DNA from: Azolla caroliniana | Lineage: Eukaryota > Plantae > Polypodiophyta | Length of the DNA: 64,000 nucleotides | Direction of reading: 5' to 3' | NCBI GenBank assembly: GCA_043228905.1 | Contig: JBHGNT010000029.1 | Coordinates: forward strand, 124,001 to 188,000 | Shown here: piece by piece, positions 1 to 15,000 of the stretch | Numbering within the stretch: the first letter of the stretch is position 1 | Layout: every line of letters starts with the position of its first letter | The notes under the pieces: generated by a model | The model's database searches: none | What the model saw: only the letters and a program-made list of their open reading frames with translations | What the model was told of the DNA's origin: nothing | Made by a program: the position numbers and the translations under genes

Positions 1-3000
1 AACCGATATCACACGAGCCAGGTATGAACATTTTAATTTACTCACGCGCTCTTTTCAACTCCCTCCTCTAATTTACTAATTTCATCATGTGTCTCGACCT
101 GAGTTACAAAATCTGTATTTTCTAATTCGATATCATAGCTAGTGTTGTTAGCTTCGATTCGCATGTTTGAACACTAAAATCCGATATCACACGAGCCAGG
201 TATGAACATTTTAATTTACTCACGCGCTCTTCTCAACTCCCTCCTCTAATTTACTAATTTCTTCATGTCTCTTGACCTGAGTTTCGAAATCTTGATTTTC
301 TAATTCCATATCATAGGTAGTGTTGTTAGCTTCGATTCAGATGTTTGAACACAAAAATACGATATCACACGAGCCAGGTCTGAACATTTTAATTTACTCA
401 CGCGCTCTTCTCAATTCCCTCCTCAAATTTGCTAATTTCTTCATGTCTCTCGACCAGGTATGAACATTTTCATTTACTCACGCGGTCTTCGCATCTCCCT
501 CCTCTACTTTACTAATTTCTTCATGTCTCTCGACGTGAGTTTCAAAATCTTGATTTTCTAATTCCAAATCATAGCTAGTGTTGTTAGCATCGATTCGCAT
601 GTTTGAACACAAAAATCCGATATCACAAGAGCCAGGTATAAACATTTTAATTTACTGACTCGCTCTTCTCAACTTTCTCCTCTAATTTTTTAATTTCTTC
701 ATGTCTCTCGACCTGAGTTTCAAAATCTTGATTTTCTAATTCCATATCATAGGTAGTGTTGTTAGCTTCGATTTGCATGTTTGAAAACTAAAATCCGATA
801 TCACACGAGCTAGGTATGACAATTTTAATTTACTGACGCGCTATTCTCAACTCCCTCCTCTAATTTACTAATTTCATCATGTCTCTCGACCTGAGTTTCA
901 AAATCTTGATTTTCTAATTCCATATCATAACTAGCGTTGTTAGCTTCGATTCGCATGTTTGAACACTAAAATCCGATATCACACGAGCCATGTATGACAA
1001 TTTTAATTTACTGACACGCTCTTCTCAACTCCCTCCTCTAATTTACTAATTTCTTTATGTCTCTCGACCTTAGTTTCAAAATCTTGATTTTCTAATTCCA
1101 TATCATAGCTAGTGTTGTTAGCTTTGATTCGCGTAGAACACAAAAATAGGATATCAAACGAGCCAGGCATGACAATTTTAATTTACTCACGCGCTCTTCT
1201 CAACTCCCTCCTCTAATTTACTAATTTCTTCATGTCTCTCGACCTGAGTTTCAAAATCTTGATTTTCTAATTCCATATCATAACTAACGTTGTTAGCTTC
1301 GATTCGCATGTTTGAACACTTAAATCGGATATCACACGAGCCATGTATGACAATTTTAATTTTCTAACGCGCTCTTCTCAACTCCCTCCTCTAATTTACT
1401 AATTTCTTCATGTCTCTCGACCTTAGTTTCAAAATCTTGATTTTCTAATTCCATATTATAGGTAGTCTTGTTACCTTCGATTCGCATGTTTGAACACAAA
1501 AATACTATATCACACGAGCCAGGTATGAACATTTTAATTTACTCACGCGCTCTTCTCAATTCCCTCCTCAAATTTGCTAATTTCTTCATGTCTCTCGACC
1601 AGAGTTTCAAAATCTTAATTTTCTAATTTCATATCATAGCTAGTGCTGTTAGCTTCGATTCGCATCTTTGAACACTTCAATCGGATATCACACGAGCTAG
1701 GTATGAATATTTTCATTTACTCACGCGCTCTTCTCAACTCCCTCCTCTATATTTACTAATTTCTTCATGTCTCTCGACCTGAGTTTCAAAATCTTGATTT
1801 TCTAATTCCATATCATAACTAGGGTTGTTAGCTTCGATTCGCATGTTTGAACACTAAAATCCGATATCACACGAGCCATGTATGACAATTTTAATTTACT
1901 GACACGCTCTTCTCAACTCCCTCCTCTAATTTACTAATTTCTTCATGTCTCTCGACCTTAGTTTCAAAATCTTGATTTTCTAATTCCATATCATAGCTAG
2001 TGTTGTTAGCTTCGATTCGCATGTTTGAACACTAAAATCCGATATCACACGAGCCAGGTATGACAATTTTAATTTACTGACGCGTTCTTTTCAACTCCCT
2101 CCTCTAATTAACTAATTTCTTCATGACTCTCGACCTGAGATTCAAAAACTTGATTTTCTAATTCCATATCATAGATAGTGTTGTTAGCTTCGATTCGCAT
2201 GTTTGAACACAAAAATCCGATATCACACGAGCCACGTATGACAATTTTAATTTTACTGACGTGATCTTCTCAATTCCCTCCTCTAATTTACTAATTTCAT
2301 CATGTCTCTTCACCTGAGTTTCAAAATCTTGATTTTCTAATTCCATATCATAGCTAGTGTTGTTAGCTTCGATTGGCATGTTTGAACACTAAAATCGGAT
2401 ATCACACGAGCCAGGTATGACAATTTTAATTTACTCACGCGCTCTTCTCAACTCCCTCCTCAAATTTGGTAATTTCTTCATGTCTCTCGACCTGAGTTTC
2501 AAAATCTTGATTTTCTAATTCCATATCACAGGTAGTGTTGTTAGCTTCGATTCGCATCTTTGAACACAACAAACGCATATCACACGACCCAGGTATGAAC
2601 ATTTTAATTTACTCACGCGCTCTTCTGAACTCCCTCCTCAAATTTGGTAATTTCCTCATGTCTCTCGACCTGAGTTTCAAAATCTTGATTTTCTAATTCC
2701 ATATCATAGGTAGTGTTGTTAGATTCGATTCGCATGTTTGAACACATCAAACCGATATCACGAGCCAGGTATGAACATTTTAATTTACTCACGCGCTCTT
2801 TTCAACTCCCTCCTCTAATTTACTAATTTCTTCATGTCTCTTGACCTGAGTTTCAAAATATTGATTTTCTAATTCCATATCATAGCTAGTGTTGTTAGCT
2901 TCGATTCGCATGTTTGAACACAAAAATCCGATATCACACGAGCCACGTATGACAATTTTAATTTACTGACGCGCTCTTCTCAACTCCCTCTTTTCATTTA

Positions 3001-6000
3001 CTAATTTCATCATGACTCTCGACCTGAGTTTCAAAATCTTGATTTTTTAATTCCATATCATAGCTAGTGGTGTTAGCTTTGATTCGCATGTATGAACACA
3101 AAAATCCGATATCACACGAGCCACGTATGACAATTTTAATTTACTGACGTGATCTTCTCAATTCCCTCCTCTAATTTACTAATTTCATCATGTCTCTCCA
3201 CCTGAGATTCAAAATCTTGATTTTCTAATTCCATATCATAACTAGTGTTGTTAGCTTCGATTGGCAAGTTTGAACACTAAAATCCGATATCACACGAGCC
3301 AGGTATGACAATTTTAATTTACTCACGCGCTCTTCTCAACTCCCTCCTCTAATTTACTAATTTCTTCATGTCTCTCGACCTGAGTTTCAAAATCTTGATT
3401 TTCTAAGTCCATATCATAGGTACTGTTTTTAGCTTTGATTCGCATGTTTGAACACAAAAATAGGATATCACACGAGCCAGGTATGACAATTTTAATTTAC
3501 TCACGCGCTCTTCTCAACTCCCTCCTCTAATTTACTAATTTCTTCATGTCTCTGTACCTGAGTTTCAAAATCTGGATTTCCTAATTCGATATCATAGCTA
3601 GTGTTGTTAGCTTCCATTCGCATGTTTGAAAACTAAAATCCGATATCACACGAGCTAGGTATGACAATTTTAATTTACTGACGCAATCTTCTCAACTCCC
3701 TCCTCTCATTTACTAAGTTCATTATGACTCTCGACCTGAGTTTCAAAATCTTGATTTTCTAATTCCATATCATAGCTAGTGTTGTTAGCTTCGATTCGCA
3801 TGTTTGAACACAAAAATCCGATATCACACGAGCCACGTATGACAATTTTAATTTACTGACGCGCTCTTCTCAACTCCCTCCTCTCATTTACTAATTTCAT
3901 CATGACTCTCGACCTGAGTTTCAGAATCTTGATTTTCTAATTTCATATCATAGCTAGTGTTGTTAGCTTCGATTCGCATGTTTGAACACAAAAATCCGAT
4001 ATCACAAGAGCCAGGTATGACAATTTTAAATTACTGACGTGATCTTCTCAATTCCCTCCTCTAATATACTAATTTTTTCATGTCTCTCGACCTGAGTTTC
4101 AAAATCTTGACTTTGTAATTGCATATCATACCTAGTGTTGTTAGCTTCGATTCGCATGTTTGAACACAAAAATCCGATATCACAAGAGCCACGTATGACA
4201 ATTTTAATTTACTGACGTGATCTTCTCAATTCCCTCCTCTAATTTACTAATTTCATCATGTCTCTCCACCTGAGATTCAAAATCTTGATTTTCTAATTCC
4301 ATATCATAACTAGTGTTGTTAGCTTCGATTGGCAAGTTTGAACACTAAAATCCGATATCACACGAGCCAGGTATGACAATTTTAATTTACTCACGCGCTC
4401 TTCTCAACTCCCTCCTCTAATTTACTAATTTCTTCATGTCTCTCGACCTGAGTTTCAAAATCTTGATTTTCTAACTCCATATCATAGGTACTGTTTTTAG
4501 CTTTGATTCGCATGTTTGAACACAAAAATAGGATATCACACGAGCCAGGTATGACAATTTTAATTTACTCACGCGCTCTTCTCAACTCCCTCCTCAAATT
4601 TGGTAATTTCTTCATGTCTCTCGACCTGAGTTTCAAAATCTTGATTTTCTAATTCCATATCATAGGTAGTGTTGTTAGCTTCGATTCGCATGTTTGAACA
4701 CAACAAACTGATATCACACGAGCCAGGTATGAACATTTTAATTTACTCACGCGCTCTTTTCAACTCCCTCCTCTAATTTACTAATTTCTTCATGTCTCTT
4801 GACCTGAGTTTCAAAATCTTGATTTTCTAATTCCATATCATAGGTAGTGATATCACACGAGCCAGGTATGACAATTTTAATTTACTCACGCGCTCTTCTC
4901 AACTCCCTCCTCAAATTTGGTAATTTCTTCATGTCTCTCGACCTGAGTTTCAAAATCTTGATTTTCTAATTCCATATCATAGGTAGTGTTGTTAGCTTCG
5001 ATTCGCATGTTTGAACACAACAAACCGATATCACACGAGCCAGGTATGAACATTTTAATTTACTCACGCGCTCTTCTCAACTCCCTCCTCAAATTTGGTA
5101 ATTTCTTCATGTCTCTCGACCTGAGTTTCAAAATCTTGATTTTCTAATTCCATATCATAGGTAGTGTTGTTAGCTTCGATTCGCATGTTTGAACACAACA
5201 AACAGATATCACACGAGCCAGGTATGAACATTTTAATTTACTCACGCGCTCTTTTCAACTCCCTCCTCTAATTTACTAATTTCTTCATGTCTCTTGACCT
5301 GAGTTTCAAAATCTTGATTTTTTAATTCCATGTCATAGCTAGTGTTGTTAGCTTCGATTCGTATGTTTGAACACAAAAATCCGATATCATACGAGCCACG
5401 TATGACAATTTTAATTTACTGACGCGCTCTTCTCAACTCCCTCTTCTCATTTACTAATTTCATCATGACTCTCGACCTGAGTTTCAAAATCTTGACTTTC
5501 TAATTGCATATCATAGCTAGTGTTGTTAGCTTCGATTGGCATGTTTGATCACAAAAATCCGATATCACACGAGCCACGTATGACAATTTTAATTTACTGA
5601 CGTGATCTTCTCAATTCCCTCCTCTAATTTACTAATTTCATCATGTCTCTCCACCTGAGTTTCAAAATCTTGATTTTCTAATTCCATATCATAGCTAGTA
5701 TTGTTAGCTTCGATTGGCATGTTTGAACACTAAAATCCGATATCACACGAGCCAGGTATGACAATTTTAATTTACTCACGCGCTCTTCTCAACTCCCTCC
5801 TCAAATTTGGTAATTTCTTCATGTCTCTCGACCTGAGTTTCAAAATCTTGATTTTCTAATTCCATATCATAGGTAGTGTTGTTAGCTTCGATTCGCATGT
5901 TTGAACACAACAAACCGATATCACACGAGCCAGGTATGAACATTTTAATTTACTCACGCGCTCTTCTCAACTCCCTCCTCAAATTTGGTAATTTCTTCAT

Positions 6001-9000
6001 GTCTCTCGACCTGAGTTTCAAAATCTTGATTTTCTAATTCCATATCATAGGTAGTGTTGTTAGCTTCGATTCGCATGTTTGAACACAACAAACTGATATC
6101 ACACGAGCCAGGTATGAACATTTTAATTTACTCACGCGCTCTTTTCAACTCCCTCCTCTAATTTACTAATTTCTTCATGTCTCTTGACCTGAGTTTCAAA
6201 ATCTTGATTTTTTAATTCCATGTCATAGCTAGTGTTGTTAGCTTCGATTCGTATGTTTGAACACAAAAATCCGATATCATACGAGCCACGTATGATAATT
6301 TTAATTTACTGACGCGCTCTTCTCAACTCCCTCTTCTCATTTACTAATTTCATCATGACTCTCGACCTGAGTTTCAAAATCTTGACTTTCTAATTGCATA
6401 TCATAGCTAGTGTTGTTAGCTTCGATTGGCATGTTTGATCACAAAAATCCGATATCACACGAGCCACGTATGACAATTTTAATTTACTGACGTGATCTTC
6501 TCAATTCCCTCCTCTAATTTACTAATTTCATCATGTCTCTCCACCTGAGTTTCAAAATCTTGATTTTCTAATTCCATATCATAGCTAGTATTGTTAGCTT
6601 CGATTGGCATGTTTGAACACTAAAATCCGATATCACACGAGCCAGGTATGACAATTTTAATTTACTCACGCGCTCTTCTCAACTCCCTCCTCAAATTTGG
6701 TAATTTCTTCATGTCTCTCGACCTGAGTTTCAAAATCTTGATTTTCTAATTCCATATCATAGGTAGTGTTGTTAGCTTCGATTCGCATGTTTGAACACAA
6801 CAAACCGATATCACACGAGCCAGGTATGAACATTTTAATTTACTCACGCGCTCTTCTCAACTCCCTCCTCAAATTTGGTAATTTCTTCATGTCTCTCGAC
6901 CTAAGTTTCAAAATCTTGATTTTCTAATTCCATATCATAGGTAGTGTTGTTAGCTTCGATTCGCATGTTTGAACACAACAAACCGATATCACACGAGCCA
7001 GGTATGAACATGTTAATTTACTCATGCGCTCTTCTCAACTCCCTTTTCTAATTTACTAATTTCATCATGTCTCTCGACCTGAGTTTCAAAATCTTGATTT
7101 CCTAATTCGATATCATAGCTAGTGTTGTTAGCTTCCATTCGCATGTTTGAAAACTAAAATCCGATATCACACGAGCTAGGTATGACAATTTTAATTTACT
7201 GACGCAATCTTCTCAACTCCCTCCTCTCATTTACTAATTTCATCATGACTCTCGACCTGAGTTTCAAAATCTTGATTTTCTAATTCCATATCATAGCTAG
7301 TGTTGTTAGCTTCGATTCGCATGTTTGAACACAAAAATCCGATATCACACGAGCCACGTATGACAATTTTAATTTACTGACGCGCTCTTCTCAACTCCCT
7401 CCTCTCATTTACTAATTTCATCATGACTCTCGACCTGAGTTTCAAAATCTTGATTTTCTAATTCCATATCATAGCTAGTGTTGTTAGCTTCGATTCGCAT
7501 GTTTGAACACAAAAATCCGATATCACACGAGCCACGTCTGACAATTTTAATTTACTGACGCGCTCTTCTCAACTCCCTCCTCTCATTTACTAATTTCATC
7601 ATGACTCTCGACCTGAGTTTCAAAATCTTGATTTTCTAATTCCATATCATAGCTAGTGGTGTTAGCTTTGATTCGCATGTATGAACAGAAAAATCCGATA
7701 TCACACGAGCCACGTATGACAATTTTAATTTACTGACGTGATCTTCTCAATTCCCTCCTCTAATTTACTAATTTCATCCTGTCTCTCCACCTGAGATTCA
7801 AAATCTTGATTTTCTAATTCCATATCATAACTAGTGTTGTTAGCTTCGATTGGCAAGTTTGAACACTAAAATCCGATATCACACGAGCCAGGTATGACAA
7901 TTTTAATTTACTCACGCGCTCTTCTCAACTCCCTCCTCTAATTTACTAATTTCTTCATGTCTCTCGACCTGAGTTTCAAAATCTTGATTTTCTAAGTCCA
8001 TATCATAGGTACTGTTTTTAGCTTTGATTCGCATGTTTGAACACAAAAATAGGATATCACACGAGCCAGGTATGACAATTTTAATTTACTCACGCGCTCT
8101 TCTCAACTCCCTCCTCTAATTTACTAATTTCTTCATGTCTCTGTACCTGAGTTTCAAAATCTGGATTTCCTAATTCGATATCATAGCTAGTGTTGTTAGC
8201 TTCCATTCGCATGTTTGAAAACTAAAATCCGATATCACACGAGCTAGGTATGACAATTTTAATTTACTGACGCAATCTTCTCAACTCCCTCCTCTCATTT
8301 ACTAAGTTCATTATGACTCTCGACCTGAGTTTCAAAATCTTGATTTTCTAATTCCATATCATAGCTAGTGTTGTTAGCTTCGATTCGCATGTTTGAACAC
8401 AAAAATCCGATATCACACGAGCCACGTATGACAATTTTAATTTACTGACGCGCTCTTCTCAACTCCCTCCTCTCATTTACTAATTTCATCATGACTCTCG
8501 ACCTGAGTTTCAAAATCTTGATTTTGTAATTCCATATCATAGCTAGTGTTGTTAGCTTCGATTCGCATGTTTGAACACAAAAATCCGATATCACAAGAGC
8601 CAGGTATGAAAATTTTAAATTACTGACGTGATCTTCTCAATTCCCTCCTCTAATATACTAATTTTTTCATGTCTCTCGACCTAAGTTTCAAAATCTTGAC
8701 TTTGTAATTGCATATCATACCTAGTGTTGTTAGCTTCGATTCGCATGTTTGAACACAAAAATCCGATATCACAAGAGCCACGTATGACAATTTTAATTTT
8801 ACTGACGTGATCTTCTCAATTCCCTCCTCTAATTTACTAATTTCATCATGTCTCTCCACCTGAGATTCAAAATCTTGATTTTCTAATTCCATATCATAAC
8901 TAGTGTTGTTAGCTTCGATTGGCAAGTTTGAACACTAAAATCCGATATCACACGAGCCAGGTATGACAATTTTAATTTACTCACGCGCTCTTCTCAACTC

Positions 9001-12000
9001 CCTCCTCTAATTTACTAATTTCTTCATGTCTCTCGACCTGAGTTTCAAAATCTTGATTTTCTAAGTCCATATCATAGGTACTGTTTTTAGCTTTGATTCG
9101 CATGTTTGAACACAAAAATACTATATCACACGAGCCAGGTATGAACATTTTAATTTACTCACGCGCTCTTCTCAATTCCCTCCTCAAATTTGCTAATTTC
9201 TTCATGTCTCTCGACCAGAGTTTCAAAATCTTAATTTTCTAATTTCATATCATAGCTAGTGCTGTTACCTTCGATTCGCATCTTTGAACACTTCAATCGG
9301 ATATCACACGAGCTAGGTATGAATATTTTCATTTACTCACGCGCTCTTCTCAACTCCCTCCTCTATATTTACTAATTTCTTCATGTCTCTCGACCTAAGT
9401 TTCAAAATCTTGATTTTCTAATTCCATATCATAACTAGGGTTGTTAGCTTCGATTCGCATGTTTGAACACTAAAATCCGATATCACACGAGCCATGTATG
9501 ACAATTTTAATTTACTGACACGCTCTTCTCAACTCCCTCCTCTAATTTACTAATTTCTTCATGTCTCTCGACCTTAGTTTCAAAATCTTGATTTTCTAAT
9601 TCCATATCATAGCTAGTGTTGTTAGCTTCGATTCGCATGTTTGAACACTAAAATCCGATATCACACGAGCCAGGTATGACAATTTTAATTTACTGACGCG
9701 TTCTTTTCAACTCCCTCCTCTAATTTACTAATTTCTTCATGACTCTCGACCTGAGATTCAAAAACTTGATTTTCTAATTCCATATCATAGCTAGTGTTGT
9801 TAGCTTCGATTCGCATGTTTGAACACAAAAATCCGATATCACACGAGCCACGTATGACAATTTTAATTTTACTGACGTGATCTTCTCAATTCCCTCCTCT
9901 AATTTACTAATTTCATCATGTCTCTTCACCTGAGTTTCAAAATCTTGATTTTCTAATTCCATATCATAGCTAGTGTTGTTAGCTTCGATTGGCATGTTTG
10001 AACACTAAAATCGGATATCACACGAGCCAGGTATGACAATTTTAATTTACTCACGCGCTCTTCTCAACTCCCTCCTCAAATTTGGTAATTTCTTCATGTC
10101 TCTCGACCTGAGTTTCAAAATCTTGATTTTCTAATTCCATATCACAGGTAGTGTTGTTAGCTTCGATTCGCATCTTTGAACACAACAAACGCATATCACA
10201 CGACCCAGGTATGAACATTTTAATTTACTCACGCGCTCTTCTGAACTCCCTCCTCAAATTTGGTAATTTCCTCATGTCTCTCGACCTGAGTTTCAAAATC
10301 TTGATTTTCTAATTCCATATCATAGGTAGTGTTGTTAGATTCGATTCGCATGTTTGAACACATCAAACCGATATCACACGAGCCAGGTATGAACATTTTA
10401 ATTTACTCACGCGCTCTTCTCAACTCCCTCCTCTAATTTACTAATTTCTTCATGTCTCTTGACCTGAGTTTCAAAATCTTGATTTTCTAATTCCATATCA
10501 TAGCTAGTGTTGTTAGCTTCGATTCGCATGTTTGAACACAAAAATCCGATATCACACGAGCCACGTATGACAATTTTAATTTACTGACGCGCTCTTCTCA
10601 ACTCCCTCTTTTCATTTACTAATTTCATCATGACTCTCGACCTGAGTTTCAAAATCTTGATTTTTTAATTCCATATCATAGCTAGTGGTGTTAGCTTTGA
10701 TTCGCATGTATGAACACAAAAATCCGATATCACACGAGCCACGTATGACAATTTTAATTTACTGACGTGATCTTCTCAATTCCCTCCTCTAATTTACTAA
10801 TTTCATCATGTCTCTCCACCTGAGATTCAAAATCTTGATTTTCTAATTCCATATCATAACTAGTGTTGTTAGCTTCGATTGGCAAGTTTGAACACTAAAA
10901 TCCGATATCACACGAGCCAGGTATGACAATTTTAATTTACTCACGCGCTCTTCTCAACTCCCTCCTCTAATTTACTAATTTCTTCATGTCTCTCGACCTG
11001 AGTTTCAAAATCTTGATTTTCTAAGTCCATATCATAGGTACTGTTTTTAGCTTTGATTCGCATGTTTGAACACAAAAATAGGATATCACACGAGCCAGGT
11101 ATGACAATTTTAATTTACTCACGCGCTCTTCTCAACTCCCTCCTCTAATTTACTAATTTCTTCATGTCTCTGTACCTGAGTTTCAAAATCTGGATTTCCT
11201 AATTCGATATCATAGCTAGTGTTGTTAGCTTCCATTCGCATGTTTGAAAACTAAAATCCGATATCACACGAGCTAGGTATGACAATTTTAATTTACTGAC
11301 GCAATCTTCTCAACTCCCTCCTCTCATTTACTAAGTTCATTATGACTCTCGACCTGAGTTTCAAAATCTTGATTTTCTAATTCCATATCATAGCTAGTGT
11401 TGTTAGCTTCGATTCGCATGTTTGAACACAAAAATCCGATATCACACGAGCCACGTATGACAATTTTAATTTACTGACGCGCTCTTCTCAACTCCCTCCT
11501 CTCATTTACTAATTTCATCATGACTCTCGACCTGAGTTTCAAAATCTTGATTTTCTAATTCCATATCATAGCTAGTGTTGTTAGCTTCGATTCGCATGTT
11601 TGAACACAAAAATCCGATATCACAAGAGCCAGGTATGACAATTTTAAATTACTGACGTGATCTTCTCAATTCCCTCCTCTAATATACTAATTTTTTCATG
11701 TCTCTCGACCTGAGTTTCAAAATCTTGACTTTGTAATTGCATATCATACCTAGTGTTGTTAGCTTCGATTCGCATGTTTGAACACAAAAATCCGATATCA
11801 CAAGAGCCACGTATGACAATTTTAATTTACTGACGTGATCTTCTCAATTCCCTCCTCTAATTTACTAATTTCATCATGTCTCTCCACCTGAGATTCAAAA
11901 TCTTGATTTTCTAATTCCATATCATAACTAGTGTTGTTAGCTTCGATTGGCAAGTTTGAACACTAAAATCCGATATCACACGAGCCAGGTATGACAATTT

Positions 12001-15000
12001 TAATTTACTCACGCGCTCTTCTCAACTCCCTCCTCTAATTTACTAATTTCTTCATGTCTCTCGACCTGAGTTTCAAAATCTTGATTTTCTAACTCCATAT
12101 CATAGGTACTGTTTTTAGCTTTGATTCGCATGTTTGAACACAAAAATAGGATATCACACGAGCCAGGTATGACAATTTTAATTTACTCACGCGCTCTTCT
12201 CAACTCCCTCCTCAAATTTGGTAATTTCTTCATGTCTCTCGACCTGAGTTTCAAAATCTTGATTTTCTAATTCCATATCATAGGTAGTGTTGTTAGCTTC
12301 GATTCGCATGTTTGAACACAACAAACTGATATCACACGAGCCAGGTATGAACATTTTAATTTACTCACGCGCTCTTTTCAACTCCCTCCTCTAATTTACT
12401 AATTTCTTCATGTCTCTTGACCTGAGTTTCAAAATCTTGATTTTCTAATTCCATATCATAGGTAGTGATATCACACGAGCCAGGTATGACAATTTTAATT
12501 TACTCACGCGCTCTTCTCAACTCCCTCCTCAAATTTGGTAATTTCTTCATGTCTCTCGACCTGAGTTTCAAAATCTTGATTTTCTAATTCCATATCATAG
12601 GTAGTGTTGTTAGCTTCGATTCGCATGTTTGAACACAACAAACCGATATCACACGAGCCAGGTATGAACATTTTAATTTACTCACGCGCTCTTCTCAACT
12701 CCCTCCTCAAATTTGGTAATTTCTTCATGTCTCTCGACCTGAGTTTCAAAATCTTGATTTTCTAATTCCATATCATAGGTAGTGTTGTTAGCTTCGATTC
12801 GCATGTTTGAACACAACAAACAGATATCACACGAGCCAGGTATGAACATTTTAATTTACTCACGCGCTCTTTTCAACTCCCTCCTCTAATTTACTAATTT
12901 CTTCATGTCTCTTGACCTGAGTTTCAAAATCTTGATTTTTTAATTCCATGTCATAGCTAGTGTTGTTAGCTTCGATTCGTATGTTTGAACACAAAAATCC
13001 GATATCATACGAGCCACGTATGACAATTTTAATTTACTGACGCGCTCTTCTCAACTCCCTCTTCTCATTTACTAATTTCATCATGACTCTCGACCTGAGT
13101 TTCAAAATCTTGACTTTCTAATTGCATATCATAGCTAGTGTTGTTAGCTTCGATTGGCATGTTTGATCACAAAAATCCGATATCACACGAGCCACGTATG
13201 ACAATTTTAATTTACTGACGTGATCTTCTCAATTCCCTCCTCTAATTTACTAATTTCATCATGTCTCTCCACCTGAGTTTCAAAATCTTGATTTTCTAAT
13301 TCCATATCATAGCTAGTATTGTTAGCTTCGATTGGCATGTTTGAACACTAAAATCCGATATCACACGAGCCAGGTATGACAATTTTAATTTACTCACGCG
13401 CTCTTCTCAACTCCCTCCTCAAATTTGGTAATTTCTTCATGTCTCTCGACCTGAGTTTCAAAATCTTGATTTTCTAATTCCATATCATAGGTAGTGTTGT
13501 TAGCTTCGATTCGCATGTTTGAACACAACAAACCGATATCACACGAGCCAGGTATGAACATTTTAATTTACTCACGCGCTCTTCTCAACTCCCTCCTCAA
13601 ATTTGGTAATTTCTTCATGTCTCTCGACCTGAGTTTCAAAATCTTGATTTTCTAATTCCATATCATAGGTAGTGTTGTTAGCTTCGATTCGCATGTTTGA
13701 ACACAACAAACTGATATCACACGAGCCAGGTATGAACATTTTAATTTACTCACGCGCTCTTTTCAACTCCCTCCTCTAATTTACTAATTTCTTCATGTCT
13801 CTTGACCTGAGTTTCAAAATCTTGATTTTTTAATTCCATGTCATAGCTAGTGTTGTTAGCTTCGATTCGTATGTTTGAACACAAAAATCCGATATCATAC
13901 GAGCCACGTATGATAATTTTAATTTACTGACGCGCTCTTCTCAACTCCCTCTTCTCATTTACTAATTTCATCATGACTCTCGACCTGAGTTTCAAAATCT
14001 TGACTTTCTAATTGCATATCATAGCTAGTGTTGTTAGCTTCGATTGGCATGTTTGATCACAAAAATCCGATATCACACGAGCCACGTATGACAATTTTAA
14101 TTTACTGACGTGATCTTCTCAATTCCCTCCTCTAATTTACTAATTTCATCATGTCTCTCCACCTGAGTTTCAAAATCTTGATTTTCTAATTCCATATCAT
14201 AGCTAGTATTGTTAGCTTCGATTGGCATGTTTGAACACTAAAATCCGATATCACACGAGCCAGGTATGACAATTTTAATTTACTCACGCGCTCTTCTCAA
14301 CTCCCTCCTCAAATTTGGTAATTTCTTCATGTCTCTCGACCTGAGTTTCAAAATCTTGATTTTCTAATTCCATATCATAGGTAGTGTTGTTAGCTTCGAT
14401 TCGCATGTTTGAACACAACAAACCGATATCACACGAGCCAGGTATGAACATTTTAATTTACTCACGCGCTCTTCTCAACTCCCTCCTCAAATTTGGTAAT
14501 TTCTTCATGTCTCTCGACCTAAGTTTCAAAATCTTGATTTTCTAATTCCATATCATAGGTAGTGTTGTTAGCTTCGATTCGCATGTTTGAACACAACAAA
14601 CCGATATCACACGAGCCAGGTATGAACATGTTAATTTACTCATGCGCTCTTCTCAACTCCCTTTTCTAATTTACTAATTTCATCATGTCTCTCGACCTGA
14701 GTTTCAAAATCTTGATTTCCTAATTCGATATCATAGCTAGTGTTGTTAGCTTCCATTCGCATGTTTGAAAACTAAAATCCGATATCACACGAGCTAGGTA
14801 TGACAATTTTAATTTACTGACGCAATCTTCTCAACTCCCTCCTCTCATTTACTAATTTCATCATGACTCTCGACCTGAGTTTCAAAATCTTGATTTTCTA
14901 ATTCCATATCATAGCTAGTGTTGTTAGCTTCGATTCGCATGTTTGAACACAAAAATCCGATATCACACGAGCCACGTATGACAATTTTAATTTACTGACG

